64,000 bases of DNA from Flavobacteriales bacterium (GCA_039931265.1 JBDTSG010000094.1:17448-81447), one strand, 5' to 3'; counted from the stretch's first letter, positions 38,984 through 49,574 are shown. Translations and numbers: made by a program. Notes: generated from the sequence alone by a model not told the origin.

Positions 38984-41900
38984 GTGCAAGTCGATTTCCT
39001 CTCCCTTACCGAAGCGGCGGCGCTATTGAAGTGCCACCACAACACGGTGCGCGCTTGGGTGCGCCAAGGCAAGCTTGAAGCGATACCGATGGGCGCAGAA
39101 AAAGTGCCCATGTACCGCAAGCGCGATCTGGAAGCATTGAAGCGTCCGTTGGAGAAAGCGGGTGTGATCGTGCGCGACGACAAGCATGCCTTCCCTGTGG
39201 TGGGCATCGGCGCATCGGCCGGTGGCTTGGATGCCGTATCGAAGGTGCTCGCTACGATGCCCACGGATCTGGGCTTGGCGTATGTGATCGTGCAACACTT
39301 GGAAGCCGAGCGCGAACCCGTGTTCGCCGATCTGTTGCGGAAGAAGACCGCTATGCCCGTGTTCGTGGCCGAGAACGGAATGCGCTTGGACCCCGACGTG
39401 GTCTATGTGATTCCCGGCGGAACCTATGCGGCTGTGGTGAACACCACTTTCGCACTGCGCACACCCAACGAGGCCGCGCGCCCCATCGATGCGTTCTTCA
39501 CCCAGCTCGCCGGCGAGTACCAGAACAACGCCATCGGCATCGTGCTTTCTGGCACGGGCATGGACGGCACTGAAGGGTTGCGCGCGATCAGGGCGGAAGA
39601 TGGATTGACCATCACCCAGGACAGCACCGCGCAGGAACAAGGCATGCCGCAGAGCGCGCAAGAGGCCGATGTGGTGGATGTGGTGTTGAAGCCCGAAGCG
39701 ATCGGCCCCGAGCTTGCTGACCTCGTGAAGCAGTTGTACCCCGGTGGCGAAGCCCGCATACCGGGCAAGCACGAGAACGAGATGCGCCGCATCCTGCAAT
39801 ATCTCTACGCGCAACGCGGCATCGACTTCACCCAGTACAAGGAGGCCACCATCCACCGCCGCATCATCCGGCGCATGGTGCTGAGCAAGTGCCGCAAACT
39901 TGCCGATTACTCCGCGCTGTTGCACGGCTTGCCCAGCGAAGTGGACACCTTGTGCAACGACATGCTCATCAATGTCACCAGCTTCTTCCGCGATCCGCTC
40001 TTCTTCAAGGCGCTCACACAGCAGGTGTTCCCCGCACTGCTGAACGACCGGGTTACGAACGACAGCCTGCGGATATGGGTACCCGCTTGCGCCGGTGGCG
40101 AAGAGGTGGTGGGCATCGCCATCACCTTGTTGGAATTCATCGGCGATCGCGCTGTCACTGCGCCCGTTCAATTCTTCTGCACCGACCTGAACGAGCGCAC
40201 GATCGAGAAAGCGCGATTGGGCATCTACAAGAAGAACGCGTTGCAGAACATGGACCCCGAGCTGGTGAAGAAGTACTTCCAGCATGTGGATGGGCACTAC
40301 CAAGTGATCAAGCCCATCCGCGACATGTGCGTGTTCGCGAAGCACGACCTGCTCAAGGACCCGCCTTTCAGCCGTGTGGACCTGATCAGTTGCCAGAACA
40401 TGCTGATCTACTTGGAGAACGCCGCACAAGGCCGCGTGATCAAGTCGTTCCATTATGCACTGAAGCCAACCGGCTTCCTCGCTCTTGGAAAGTCGGAGAG
40501 CGCGAGCGTGGCCGGGGAGATCTTCGACCAGCCGGATCGCACCTTCAAGGTGTACACCAAGAAGAACACTGGCAGCGAGCGCCTGAACTTGGATGTGCGC
40601 TACAAACCGACCCTGCTGCAACCACCTACCGTTTCCTCCGGCGCGCTTCCCTTTCAGCTATCCGCCACCCTGGCCGATCTGGACCGCGACACGGAGAAGT
40701 TGCTGCTGAACCGTTACACGCCCGCCAGCGTGTTGGTGAGTAAGGACCTCAGCATCGTGCGCTTCCGGGGCAACACCGCTCCTTATCTATCGCCAGCCAC
40801 AGGCAAGGCCAGCTTGAACTTGTTGAAGATGGTGCACGAGGACCTCGTGTTCGAGCTGCGCGGCTTGTTGCAGAAGGCCAAGAAGGAGAAGGGGGCCATC
40901 CGCAAGGAAGGGGTACCCATGCGCGCGGATGATCTGTTGAAGCGCGTTTCGCTGGAAGTGGTGCCCGTGGGCGATCCGCGCGAGCAGCACTATCTGGTGC
41001 TTTTCAAGGAAGACATGCAGGCCACCACCGCACCGCCCGATGGTCGCAAGTGGAAGAACGTGCGTGATGAGCGCGAACGCCGCATCCTTCAACTCGAGCA
41101 GGACCTTGCCGAAGCGCGCGAACAGATGCGTGTTGCAGCCGAGGAATCGGAGACCGCCCAACAGGAACTGCAATCGGCGAACGAGGAGGTGGTGAGCAGC
41201 AACGAGGAGTTGCAGAGCATCAATGAGGAACTGGAGACGAGCAAGGAAGAGTTGCAATCCATCAACGAGGAGTTCGCCACCATCAACGAAGAACTGCAAA
41301 CGCGCAATGAGTCGCTGCTGGAAAGCGAAGAGCGTTACCGGCAGCTGATACACCTTATGCCTGTGGCGGTCTTCGTGTGCGACTCCCAAGGCCGCATCAC
41401 CATCTACAACGAACGGGCAGCGGAGCTTTGGGGAAGGGTCCCTGATCAGCGCGAAGGCCAATGGAACGGGGCGTACAGGCTGTACAGCGCAGCCGGGGAT
41501 CTACTGGCGCATGACGAGGCTCCCATGGCCCGCGCCATCAAGGAAGGCCTCGCCATGATCAACGAGGAACTGATCGTGGAACGACCCGATGGTACCCGGC
41601 GTCGGGTGCTGGTCAATCCCACCCCGCTGCTCGACAGTAAAGGCCGGCCCAGCGGTGCCATCAATGTGCTGGTGGACATCACCGAGCACAAGAAGGCGGA
41701 CGAACAATTGCGGGAAATGCGCGTGCGTCTGGACCTCGCGTTGGATTCCGCCGAACTGGGCACGTGGAACATCGATGGCAGGGTGGAGCACATGACGGTG
41801 GATGAACGGTTCAAAGCCATCTTCGGATGGGCCGGGGACACGATCACCGTGGCACAGGCGTTCTCCGTGCTGCATCCCGACGATCGGGAACCTACACGCG

Positions 41901-44900
41901 TTGCGATCGAAGGGGCGACCCGTCCCGTGGACACCTTGCCGTATGAAGTGGAATACCGTGTGGTCCATCCGGATGGCTCCATCCATTGGGTGCTCGCCAG
42001 AGGGCGGTCCATCTTCACGGATGCCGAGCAGGGCAGGGAACTCCTGAGCTTCAATGGTACCGTGATGGACATCACTGCACGGAGGGCGGCGGAGGATGCC
42101 CTGCGCATGAGCGAGCAGCGCTACCATGTGCTGGCGGACAACCTGCCGCAGATGATCTACATCGGCGACCTTACCGGCAAGGCCATTTGGGTGAATGACC
42201 GATGGGTGGAGTTCACCGGCCTGAGCAGCGAGGATGTGATCGCCGGAAAATGGGCCGAGGCTGTTCACCCGGATGATGCCGGGCCAATGATGGAGAGCTA
42301 CATGCAGTGCTTCGCAAAGGAGCAGGATTGGGAGTTCACCTTCCGGATCAAGAACAAGCAAGGCCAATACCGCTGGTTCCTTTCGCGCTGCTCACCGCTA
42401 CGTGGAGAGAACGGCGAAGTGCTGCGTTGGTTCGGAACCAACACGGACATCACAGAGACCAAGCGGGCAGAAGAAGTGCTACGTTCACAGGCGGAACGCC
42501 AAACGTTCATGGTGCGGTTGGGCGATGCGTTGCGTCCCCTGCTCGATCCCGTGGAGGTGCAAGCTGAGGCGAGCCGACTGCTGGCCGAGCAACTCGGTGC
42601 GGACAGGGTGGCGTATTTCACCATCAAGGATGAACAGTACATCGTGGAGCGCGACCACGCCGTCGGTGTTCCATCCGTCGTCGGGGGATATCCGGTCGCG
42701 GCCTTCGGTGACAAACTGTTGGCCACTTACTTGAGCGGAATAACGGGGCTGAGCGACGATGTGCGGCGTGATCCGAATTTCACATCGGCCCAGATCGAGG
42801 CGTACGACGCGCTCCAATTAAGGGCTTTCATCGGGGTGCCCTTGGTAAAGGATGGAACCTTGGTCGGTGGCCTGTCCATACATAGCGCTCAACCCCGCTC
42901 ATGGACGGCGGAGGAGATCGCGATCGCCGAAGAGACGGCCGAGCGCATCTGGGCCTCAGTGGAGCGCACACAAGCAGGAGCCGCCATGCGCAGCAGTGAG
43001 CAACGGTATCGCATGCTGTTCACCACCATGGAGCAGGGGTTCTGCGTGGTCGAGATCGTCGATGATGAAAACGGGAATGCCATCGACTACCGCTTTGTGG
43101 AAGTGAACCAGGCGTTCGAAACGCACACCGGCCTCTCGAATGCCGCGGGCAAGACCATTCGCGAACTCGTACCGGATATCGAACCGATCTGGACCGAGCG
43201 CTATGCCCGCGTGGCGCGCACTGGCGAGGCAGCGCGCTTCGAGGATCATGCCCCAAGCATGGACCGTTGGTTCGATATCTACGTGTATCCGATGAAGCAT
43301 GCTCCGGGCCGCGTAGGCATCCTGTTTTCCAACGTGAGCGAACGGAAACGCGCAGAAAGGGAGCTCGCCACCAGCGAAGAGCGCTTTCGCCTGCTCAGCG
43401 ACAACATCGCCCAACTTGCTTGGATAGCCGAGCCGGATGGCGCCATTCATTGGTACAACAAACGCTGGTTCGAATTCACCGGCACCACATTGGAGGATAT
43501 GCGAGGTTGGGGCTGGCAGAAGATCCACCACCCGGAGCATGTGGATCACGTAGCGGCGAAATTCAAACACCACATCGAGAACGGCATCGACTGGCAGGAC
43601 ACCTTCCCTATTCTGGGTGCTGATGGCAAATACCATTGGTTCCTGTCCCGTGCGTTCCCGGTGCGCGATGAGAAAGGGACCATCCTGCGGTGGTTCGGCA
43701 CCAACACCGATGTGACCGAATTGCGCGAAGCCGAAGAACGCCTGCGCGAAAGCGAAGTGAACTTCCGAATGTTGGCCGACAACATGGACCAACTGGCCAT
43801 GATCACGGATGCCGATGGAAAGGCTGAATGGTTCAACAAGCGATGGCAGACCGCACTGGGCGTGGACTTCGCGAGCCTGAGCCGTGAAGAACGCTTAAGC
43901 TGGATGCATCCTGATGATGTTGAGCGCATGTGGAACGCGTTCCGGAATGGATTGGCCTCCGGCAAGCCGTGGGATGCGACTTTCCGGATGCGGGTGAGCA
44001 GCGGTGAGTACCGATGGTTCCTTACCCGTTCGGTTCCAGTTGCCGGGCATGAAGGCGAAGTGCTGCGTTGGTTCACCACGAACACGGACATCACCGAAGC
44101 CAAGCAAGCCGCGCAAGTAGTGCAGGATCGTCAGGACCGGTTGATGTCTGCTGCCGAAGCGGCGGAGCTGGGTGTGTTCATGTGGCATATCCACAAGGAT
44201 GAACCCTCGTGGGAGAACGACCGGATGTTCGCCATTTTCGGTCGCACGCGGGAGGAAGGCCCCCTGACCAGTGCGGCGTTCGAACGGGAAGCGGTGCATC
44301 CAGAAGATCTGCCCGGCCTGCGCGAAAAGGTGGCCGGTGCAGTGGCAGAGGTGGGCGCATTCGATCATGTGTTCCGCATTCATCGCCCTGGGGAGAAGCA
44401 ACCCCGTGTTCTTCAAGTGACCGCCCAGGTGCAACAGACCAGCGGAACACCGGACCGCATCGTGGGTGTAATGGCGGACATCACGGACCGCGAAACGGAC
44501 GCCGAAGCGGCACGGCGCTTGGCGGCCATCGTCGCATCCACCCATGACGCCGTGATCAGCAAAGACCTCAACGGGATCATCACCAGTTGGAACCAGGCCG
44601 CCACCGAGGTGTTCGGCTACACGGCCGAGGAGACTGTAGGACGATCCATTCTGATGCTCATACCGGAGGAACTACAAGGCGAGGAGGCGACGATCCTGGC
44701 CCGGTTACGCAAGGGCGAGCGGATCGAGCACTACGAGACCGTAAGGCAGCGGAAGGATGGAACCCGCATCGAGGTGGCGCTTACAGTATCGCCCATCATA
44801 ACGAACGAGGGCGTTGTGATCGGCGCATCGAAAGTGGCGCGGGACATTTCCGAACGCAAGCGTTTGCAACAGGACATCACCACGGCGAACGAACAGTTGC

Positions 44901-46363
44901 GCATGGTCACCTATCACATGCCCGTGGCCGTGGCGCGTGTGGGCCGGGATCAGCGTTTCATGTGGGCAAGTCAGGGTTATCTGGAATGGATCGGGTTGGC
45001 TGAAGCGCGGGTGGAAGGCAAGCAACTGCGCGAAGTGCTCGGCGAAGAGGCCCACGCGGCATTGCTTCCGTACATGGAGCAAGTGCTGAAAGGTGAGCCA
45101 GTAGAATGCGAAGTGCATGTTGAACTGCCTACACGCGGAAAGCGCTGGTTGGATGTGAAGTATGCGCCCCTGTATGAAGGTGAGAACATCCCGTCCGGCT
45201 GGATCGAGGTGATCACGGATATCACCGAGCAGAAGCAGACCGAAGAAGCACTGGAGGAAAGTTCAAAGCACAAGGATCACTTCCTTGCCACGCTTGCACA
45301 TGAGCTGCGCAACCCGCTGGCCCCGTTGAAGAACGGATTGCAACTGATGGAACTGGCGCCCGACGACCCATCGGTGATGGAATCCACCCGGGCCATGATG
45401 ACGCGCCAACTCGACCACATGGTCCGCTTGGTGGACGATCTGATGGACCTGAGCCGGATCAGCCGTGGCAAGATCGAACTGGAACGGGAGCCGGTAGGAT
45501 TGAACGGTATCGTGGCCATGGCCATTGAAGCGAGCAAACCGCACATAGAGAACAAAGGACACCAGTTGGAGGTGGACATGGGCCACGCGGACAACATAGT
45601 GAACGGTGATGCCGCGCGGTTGACACAAGTGGTGGCCAACTTGCTGAACAATGCGGCCAAATACACCCTCCAAGGTGGTCGCATAAGCATTGCCGTAGGA
45701 CGCCGTGGCGATGAAGCGGAGATCCGCGTGAAAGACAATGGCATCGGTATTGAACCGGCCTTCTTGTCGCACGTCTTCGACATGTTCGCCCAAGTGGACC
45801 CTTCACAGAAAACCCAAGCCGGTGGTGGATTGGGGATCGGCTTGAACATCGTTCAGCGGCTGGTGAACATGCATGGCGGCACTGTTGAAGGGCGTAGTGA
45901 AGGATCGGGGCGTGGAAGCGAGTTCATCGTGCGCCTGCCCGTGTTGCCCTCCATTCAGCGACCTGCGGCCGCGCCATCTTCCAAGACCCGCCCCGAAGTG
46001 CCGTCGCGACGCTTGCTCGTAGTGGATGACAACCATGACGCCGCACTTTCAATGTCGATGATCCTCAAGAAGCGTGGCCACCTGGTGCAGGTCGCGAACG
46101 ATGGGGAACAGGCCCTGGCAGTAGGTGCCACCTTCCATCCGGAAGTGGTGCTGATGGATATCGGCATGCCGCGGATGAACGGCTATGAAGCGTGCGCACG
46201 CATGCGCACTTCGGACTGGGGTAAGGACGCTTTGATCATAGCGCTAACCGGCTGGGGCCAAGAGGAAGATCGGCGTCGCAGCCAGGAGGCCGGTTTCGAT
46301 AACCACTTGGTGAAACCCATCGAGACAGGCACATTGGAGCGTATGATCGCTTCGGTGAAGTGA
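38984..46363 (+). CDS. Giant chemosensory hybrid histidine kinase (2459 aa): HTH + CheB methylesterase + CheR methyltransferase + coiled coil + multiple PAS + GAF + HisKA/HATPase_c + REC
   Basis: Domains and approximate coordinates: HTH_17/excisionase-type (LSLTEAAALLKCHHNTVRAWVRQGKLEAIP), 38996-39135. CheB (FPVVGIGASAGGLDAV…), 39190-39735. CheR (…RIWVPACAGGEEVVGIAI…LISCQNMLIYLE…), 39775-40575. Heptad coiled coil (EELQSINEELETSKEELQSINEEFATINEELQTRNE), 41075-41340. Six or more PAS blocks with the recurring (E/Y)RWFLSR…(G/E)xxxRWFGTNTDIT(E) motif, 41340-45240. GAF, ~42540-42970. HisKA H-box HELRNPLAPL, ~45290, with HATPase_c (G-boxes DNGIGI, GGLGIGL) to ~45950. REC (LLVVDDNHDAAL…D…K), 46005-46360. 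The start is GTG at 38984, directly after an in-frame stop. Confidence 0.9.
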   Translation: MQVDFLSLTEAAALLKCHHNTVRAWVRQGKLEAIPMGAEKVPMYRKRDLEALKRPLEKAGVIVRDDKHAFPVVGIGASAGGLDAVSKVLATMPTDLGLAYVIVQHLEAEREPVFADLLRKKTAMPVFVAENGMRLDPDVVYVIPGGTYAAVVNTTFALRTPNEAARPIDAFFTQLAGEYQNNAIGIVLSGTGMDGTEGLRAIRAEDGLTITQDSTAQEQGMPQSAQEADVVDVVLKPEAIGPELADLVKQLYPGGEARIPGKHENEMRRILQYLYAQRGIDFTQYKEATIHRRIIRRMVLSKCRKLADYSALLHGLPSEVDTLCNDMLINVTSFFRDPLFFKALTQQVFPALLNDRVTNDSLRIWVPACAGGEEVVGIAITLLEFIGDRAVTAPVQFFCTDLNERTIEKARLGIYKKNALQNMDPELVKKYFQHVDGHYQVIKPIRDMCVFAKHDLLKDPPFSRVDLISCQNMLIYLENAAQGRVIKSFHYALKPTGFLALGKSESASVAGEIFDQPDRTFKVYTKKNTGSERLNLDVRYKPTLLQPPTVSSGALPFQLSATLADLDRDTEKLLLNRYTPASVLVSKDLSIVRFRGNTAPYLSPATGKASLNLLKMVHEDLVFELRGLLQKAKKEKGAIRKEGVPMRADDLLKRVSLEVVPVGDPREQHYLVLFKEDMQATTAPPDGRKWKNVRDERERRILQLEQDLAEAREQMRVAAEESETAQQELQSANEEVVSSNEELQSINEELETSKEELQSINEEFATINEELQTRNESLLESEERYRQLIHLMPVAVFVCDSQGRITIYNERAAELWGRVPDQREGQWNGAYRLYSAAGDLLAHDEAPMARAIKEGLAMINEELIVERPDGTRRRVLVNPTPLLDSKGRPSGAINVLVDITEHKKADEQLREMRVRLDLALDSAELGTWNIDGRVEHMTVDERFKAIFGWAGDTITVAQAFSVLHPDDREPTRVAIEGATRPVDTLPYEVEYRVVHPDGSIHWVLARGRSIFTDAEQGRELLSFNGTVMDITARRAAEDALRMSEQRYHVLADNLPQMIYIGDLTGKAIWVNDRWVEFTGLSSEDVIAGKWAEAVHPDDAGPMMESYMQCFAKEQDWEFTFRIKNKQGQYRWFLSRCSPLRGENGEVLRWFGTNTDITETKRAEEVLRSQAERQTFMVRLGDALRPLLDPVEVQAEASRLLAEQLGADRVAYFTIKDEQYIVERDHAVGVPSVVGGYPVAAFGDKLLATYLSGITGLSDDVRRDPNFTSAQIEAYDALQLRAFIGVPLVKDGTLVGGLSIHSAQPRSWTAEEIAIAEETAERIWASVERTQAGAAMRSSEQRYRMLFTTMEQGFCVVEIVDDENGNAIDYRFVEVNQAFETHTGLSNAAGKTIRELVPDIEPIWTERYARVARTGEAARFEDHAPSMDRWFDIYVYPMKHAPGRVGILFSNVSERKRAERELATSEERFRLLSDNIAQLAWIAEPDGAIHWYNKRWFEFTGTTLEDMRGWGWQKIHHPEHVDHVAAKFKHHIENGIDWQDTFPILGADGKYHWFLSRAFPVRDEKGTILRWFGTNTDVTELREAEERLRESEVNFRMLADNMDQLAMITDADGKAEWFNKRWQTALGVDFASLSREERLSWMHPDDVERMWNAFRNGLASGKPWDATFRMRVSSGEYRWFLTRSVPVAGHEGEVLRWFTTNTDITEAKQAAQVVQDRQDRLMSAAEAAELGVFMWHIHKDEPSWENDRMFAIFGRTREEGPLTSAAFEREAVHPEDLPGLREKVAGAVAEVGAFDHVFRIHRPGEKQPRVLQVTAQVQQTSGTPDRIVGVMADITDRETDAEAARRLAAIVASTHDAVISKDLNGIITSWNQAATEVFGYTAEETVGRSILMLIPEELQGEEATILARLRKGERIEHYETVRQRKDGTRIEVALTVSPIITNEGVVIGASKVARDISERKRLQQDITTANEQLRMVTYHMPVAVARVGRDQRFMWASQGYLEWIGLAEARVEGKQLREVLGEEAHAALLPYMEQVLKGEPVECEVHVELPTRGKRWLDVKYAPLYEGENIPSGWIEVITDITEQKQTEEALEESSKHKDHFLATLAHELRNPLAPLKNGLQLMELAPDDPSVMESTRAMMTRQLDHMVRLVDDLMDLSRISRGKIELEREPVGLNGIVAMAIEASKPHIENKGHQLEVDMGHADNIVNGDAARLTQVVANLLNNAAKYTLQGGRISIAVGRRGDEAEIRVKDNGIGIEPAFLSHVFDMFAQVDPSQKTQAGGGLGIGLNIVQRLVNMHGGTVEGRSEGSGRGSEFIVRLPVLPSIQRPAAAPSSKTRPEVPSRRLLVVDDNHDAALSMSMILKKRGHLVQVANDGEQALAVGATFHPEVVLMDIGMPRMNGYEACARMRTSDWGKDALIIALTGWGQEEDRRRSQEAGFDNHLVKPIETGTLERMIASVK

Positions 46364-46367
46364 CGGA

Positions 46368-47147
46368 TCACTTCAAAGCCCGACCGAGAAAACCCTTTGC
46401 CGCTTCGTTGAACACCTCAGGTGCTTCCGCGTTGGGCAAGTGTGCCGCATCAGGAACGATCACCAAATGCGCCCGGGGCACCGACTTGCTCATTGTTCCG
46501 CTTTCGGTGCTGGGGATCAGCGTATCCCGCTCTCCGGCAATGATCAACGTTGACACATGGATCCCGGCCAGCATACCGGTTCGATCAGGCCTTGCGGCCA
46601 TGCCGCGCAAAGCAGCAACAACGCCATCCACACGTTGTTCAGCCATCATCGACCTGATGGATGCACCGAGTTCAGGTCGTGCGGCAAGCGTTGTGGGCGC
46701 CAGCATCTTCGGAAGCATGTCATCGGCCAACCGGGCCACGCCTTTGTCCAGCACCGCGAGGGCCGTTGCCTCTCTGGCGCTCTTTGCTTCATTGCTGTCC
46801 GCGCCAGCCTTGGTGCTGCAAAGTATCAGGCCCCGAAGCGCTCCGGGAAAGCGTGCGGCGAACGCCAGCGCAACATACCCCCCCATTGATAACCCGCAGA
46901 TCACAGCACCAGTGATACGCAAGTGCTCGAGCAGCGTCTTCACATCCGCTGCGTGCTCCTCCATTCCCATGGTGGCAGGCACATCAGTGGCAGCGCCGAA
47001 GCCGCGCAGGTCCGGTACGATCAGACGCGCGCTGTTGCGCAATCCGTTCAACTGCGGCTCCCACAAACGCCGATCGTGCGGAAAACCGTGGATGAGCACC
47101 AGCGGAATACCTGTGCCCACTTCGGAATACGGGAGAAGTCGTGTCAT
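46368..47147 (-). CDS. Alpha/beta-fold hydrolase
   Basis: The HG oxyanion motif is IPLVLIHGF and the nucleophile elbow is GLSMGG. Length and motif order are typical of the family. Confidence 0.85.
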   Translation of the reverse strand: MTRLLPYSEVGTGIPLVLIHGFPHDRRLWEPQLNGLRNSARLIVPDLRGFGAATDVPATMGMEEHAADVKTLLEHLRITGAVICGLSMGGYVALAFAARFPGALRGLILCSTKAGADSNEAKSAREATALAVLDKGVARLADDMLPKMLAPTTLAARPELGASIRSMMAEQRVDGVVAALRGMAARPDRTGMLAGIHVSTLIIAGERDTLIPSTESGTMSKSVPRAHLVIVPDAAHLPNAEAPEVFNEAAKGFLGRALK

Positions 47148-47819
47148 CTGAGCGGTCGTTCAAGTTCAAGCATCGGCCTTGCACATCTGTTGCATCCACG
47201 CCGCGGATCGTAGAAATAGTGTGGCGGTCATTGCACAGCACCAGCATGCGTGGCTGTGGTCGGCTCTGCTGCATCGCTATCATTCCCTACCAATTCTGCC
47301 GGATCGAACAACCACAACAACGAGAAAGCGCCGATGGAAACGATCACAAGCCAGAACATGAGCTTTGAGAGCACGGACTGCGGAAGCAGTTCAGGTTCTG
47401 AAGCCGAGCGCGTGGTCATTTTGTCTATGGGATGATGGGGCATGAGGTGTGGGCTTGGCAAATGTGTTCGCACAAACGCTACGCCATCCGGGATCGGCGC
47501 CGGATCTGCCTCAACGCGTTCAAAATCCGATCCGATGCCCACAACCCACAATGCCACCGCATCTGCAACTGCAGGTGGCACCGACAACTCATCGCCCAAT
47601 GCGCCAAACGGGAAAGAGATGCGACCAAGGCGTCGCCGCGTACTGCGACCTTACTTCAGTGTGAAACTTTCAGAGGCGGAGCGGAAGTTCCGAACGTGAG
47701 GCGGAAAATGGATCCTGCGCGCAGCACCATGCCTTGATCCTGAAAGCCTCGTTCGATCAACGATGAACAGCGGCAGTTCACAAACTGACCGCACACATAA
47801 CTTTCGCAAAACACCGATC

Positions 47820-48257
47820 ATGGCACAGCGCAGCAACAGCAAAAAAGCAACGAAATCGAAACCCGTGAAGAAGGCTGCGGCAAAATCAGCAGCGCGGAAA
47901 AAACCGGTCAATACGAAGCCGAGGAGGGCGACACGAAATGGCACAGTGAAAAAGGTCGGAAAGGCGACCAAAACGATCAAGAAGGTGACTGCCGTGAAGA
48001 AACAAGCGGCGCGCGCAGTATCGGCTATCAAGGCGAAGGTGGCCGCGAAAAAAAAGGTGGTTGAACGCACGGTGGCGTCCTCCAAAAAGCGCGCAGGAAA
48101 AAAGGAAAGCGCCGTGAGGAAGGTGGTGGTGAAAGTCCTGGCATCCGCCATCGGAGGCGTGCGCGAAGTGCGCGCGGTGGTCGGGCACGCAATTCTTGGG
48201 GAAGAACCAGCGGCTCAACCAGAAGATGGAAAGCAAAAGACCAGTCCCAAAAAGTAG
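47820..48257 (+). CDS. Histone H1-like / Lys-Ala-rich nucleoid-associated protein
   Basis: The 145-aa protein is dominated by KKAxKxKP/AAKKxxAxxK repeats, as in Hc1/AlgP/H1-like DNA-binding proteins. An ATG was chosen inside track ORF 47763-48257. Confidence 0.7.
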   Translation: MAQRSNSKKATKSKPVKKAAAKSAARKKPVNTKPRRATRNGTVKKVGKATKTIKKVTAVKKQAARAVSAIKAKVAAKKKVVERTVASSKKRAGKKESAVRKVVVKVLASAIGGVREVRAVVGHAILGEEPAAQPEDGKQKTSPKK

Positions 48258-48291
48258 AAGGGCGGATCGGAAAGCACGGCTCCCGAATTCG

Positions 48292-48951
48292 TTACCTGGA
48301 GCCTGAACACCACCGCCCCCAAGCCTTCATCTGTGCCGCGTTGAGCACCTTTCCCAGCTCTTGGTGCAGCCCTTCCGCACCGACCGATCCGGCAGGAAAG
48401 GTCTGAACAACAGCGCTGTCCGGCGGAAGTGTAACTGCTTGTTGCTTTGGAAGTCTCTTGACGTTGGGCGGATCGCCAGCCGGATTGGTATTGAAGCCTT
48501 CCTGGATCTCTGCCGGTGTTCGGATGTTGCTGCTGGTATTCCCACCGGATGTCGGTGCTGCGGATTGTCCATCAGCGCGTTGACCATCAGGCATTGTCGT
48601 TCCGGCGGTGCTGCTTGGATGTTGTGCAGCGCTGGGGAGGGTCCGACCCAAATTGTCCTTTTCAGTGCGCACACGTCGATCCTCGTTTGAATGCGCAAGG
48701 ATCCTGTCGCCACTCGGGGCGTTCTGCGTTCGGTCCCGCGCAGCATCGCCGGTATCCGGATAGCGCTGCCGAATGGCCATCAACTGAAAGACCTGTTGTT
48801 GATCGACGCCGAGTTGCGCCCATGTCGAACTGTCCGCTCGCCAGAGGCATTCACGGTATTGCAACTCAGTAACCGTTCCCTGTCCCGAGCATGCGGTGCG
48901 GATCACGACCGCCAATGCCGTTGTCAAAAGTGTTGTTACCCGGAGTTCCAT
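48292..48951 (-). CDS. Secreted low-complexity hypothetical protein
   Basis: An internal Met gives MELRVTTLLTTALAVVIRTACSGQ (signal/lipobox-like). The remainder is Ser/Thr/Pro/Gly-rich, so coding status is uncertain. Confidence 0.4.
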   Translation of the reverse strand: MELRVTTLLTTALAVVIRTACSGQGTVTELQYRECLWRADSSTWAQLGVDQQQVFQLMAIRQRYPDTGDAARDRTQNAPSGDRILAHSNEDRRVRTEKDNLGRTLPSAAQHPSSTAGTTMPDGQRADGQSAAPTSGGNTSSNIRTPAEIQEGFNTNPAGDPPNVKRLPKQQAVTLPPDSAVVQTFPAGSVGAEGLHQELGKVLNAAQMKAWGRWCSGSR

Positions 48952-49064
48952 GTTCGTTGCTAGTTCCTCCCGCGAGGCGTTCATTTCGCGTGCCATAATT
49001 GGAGAGGAGTAATGTGCGTTGGCATGCGCATTGACCCTCACGGTTCAACGAACAACCAGAACCA

Positions 49065-49574
49065 ATGAGCAACCATGCGCGGATCCGGGATCGCGAAGCG
49101 ACCGAAAAATTGAAGGAGATCGTGAAACATCAAGGCATCTGCATGATGATCACGAACGTTGACGAGCACCCCACGAACAGCCGCCCGATGGGCGTTGGTG
49201 AAGTGGACGATGAGGGCAACTTCCTGTTCCTCACGCTGCGGACAAGTCGCAAGTACGCCGACGTGACGAAAGATCCGCGCGTCTACTTGTACTTCGCGAA
49301 CCCCGGCGATCAAGAATTCCTTTCGGTTCTTGGCACTGCCGAAGTACTCAATGACATGGCGAAGAAGAAGGACCTGTGGAATCCTCTCGCCAAGGCTTGG
49401 GTACCGGATGGGGTGGAAAATCCCGACCTGCGCGTAATGAAGGTGGTGCCGCAAGATGGATACTACTGGGATACGAGAGATGGGAAAGTCGTGGCCGCCG
49501 TCAAGATCGCCTTCGCTCTCATCACCGGTAAAACCTCCGATGATGGCGGTGTTGAAGGCCGTGTGAAGGTGTAA
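49065..49574 (+). CDS. Pyridoxamine 5'-phosphate oxidase-like general stress protein (GSP26 family)
   Basis: …CMMITNVDEHPTNSRPMGVGEVDDEGNFLFLT…PRVYLYFANP… matches the PNPOx-like split-barrel GSP26 proteins. Confidence 0.8.
   Translation: MSNHARIRDREATEKLKEIVKHQGICMMITNVDEHPTNSRPMGVGEVDDEGNFLFLTLRTSRKYADVTKDPRVYLYFANPGDQEFLSVLGTAEVLNDMAKKKDLWNPLAKAWVPDGVENPDLRVMKVVPQDGYYWDTRDGKVVAAVKIAFALITGKTSDDGGVEGRVKV

Noticed and set aside
39023-46371. Long antisense ORFs inside the giant kinase gene (39023-40621 minus 532 aa, 41501-42367, 42956-43792, 45277-45849 and others)
   Set aside because: The sense strand has unambiguous CheB/CheR/PAS/HK/REC domain architecture. The antisense ORFs are GC-driven.
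47228-47599. Minus ORF 123 aa in the 600-bp gap between the hydrolase and H1-like genes
   Set aside because: Only its last ~60 aa (MTTRSASEPELL…MFWLVIVSIGAFSLLWLF…) look protein-like, and there is no motif.
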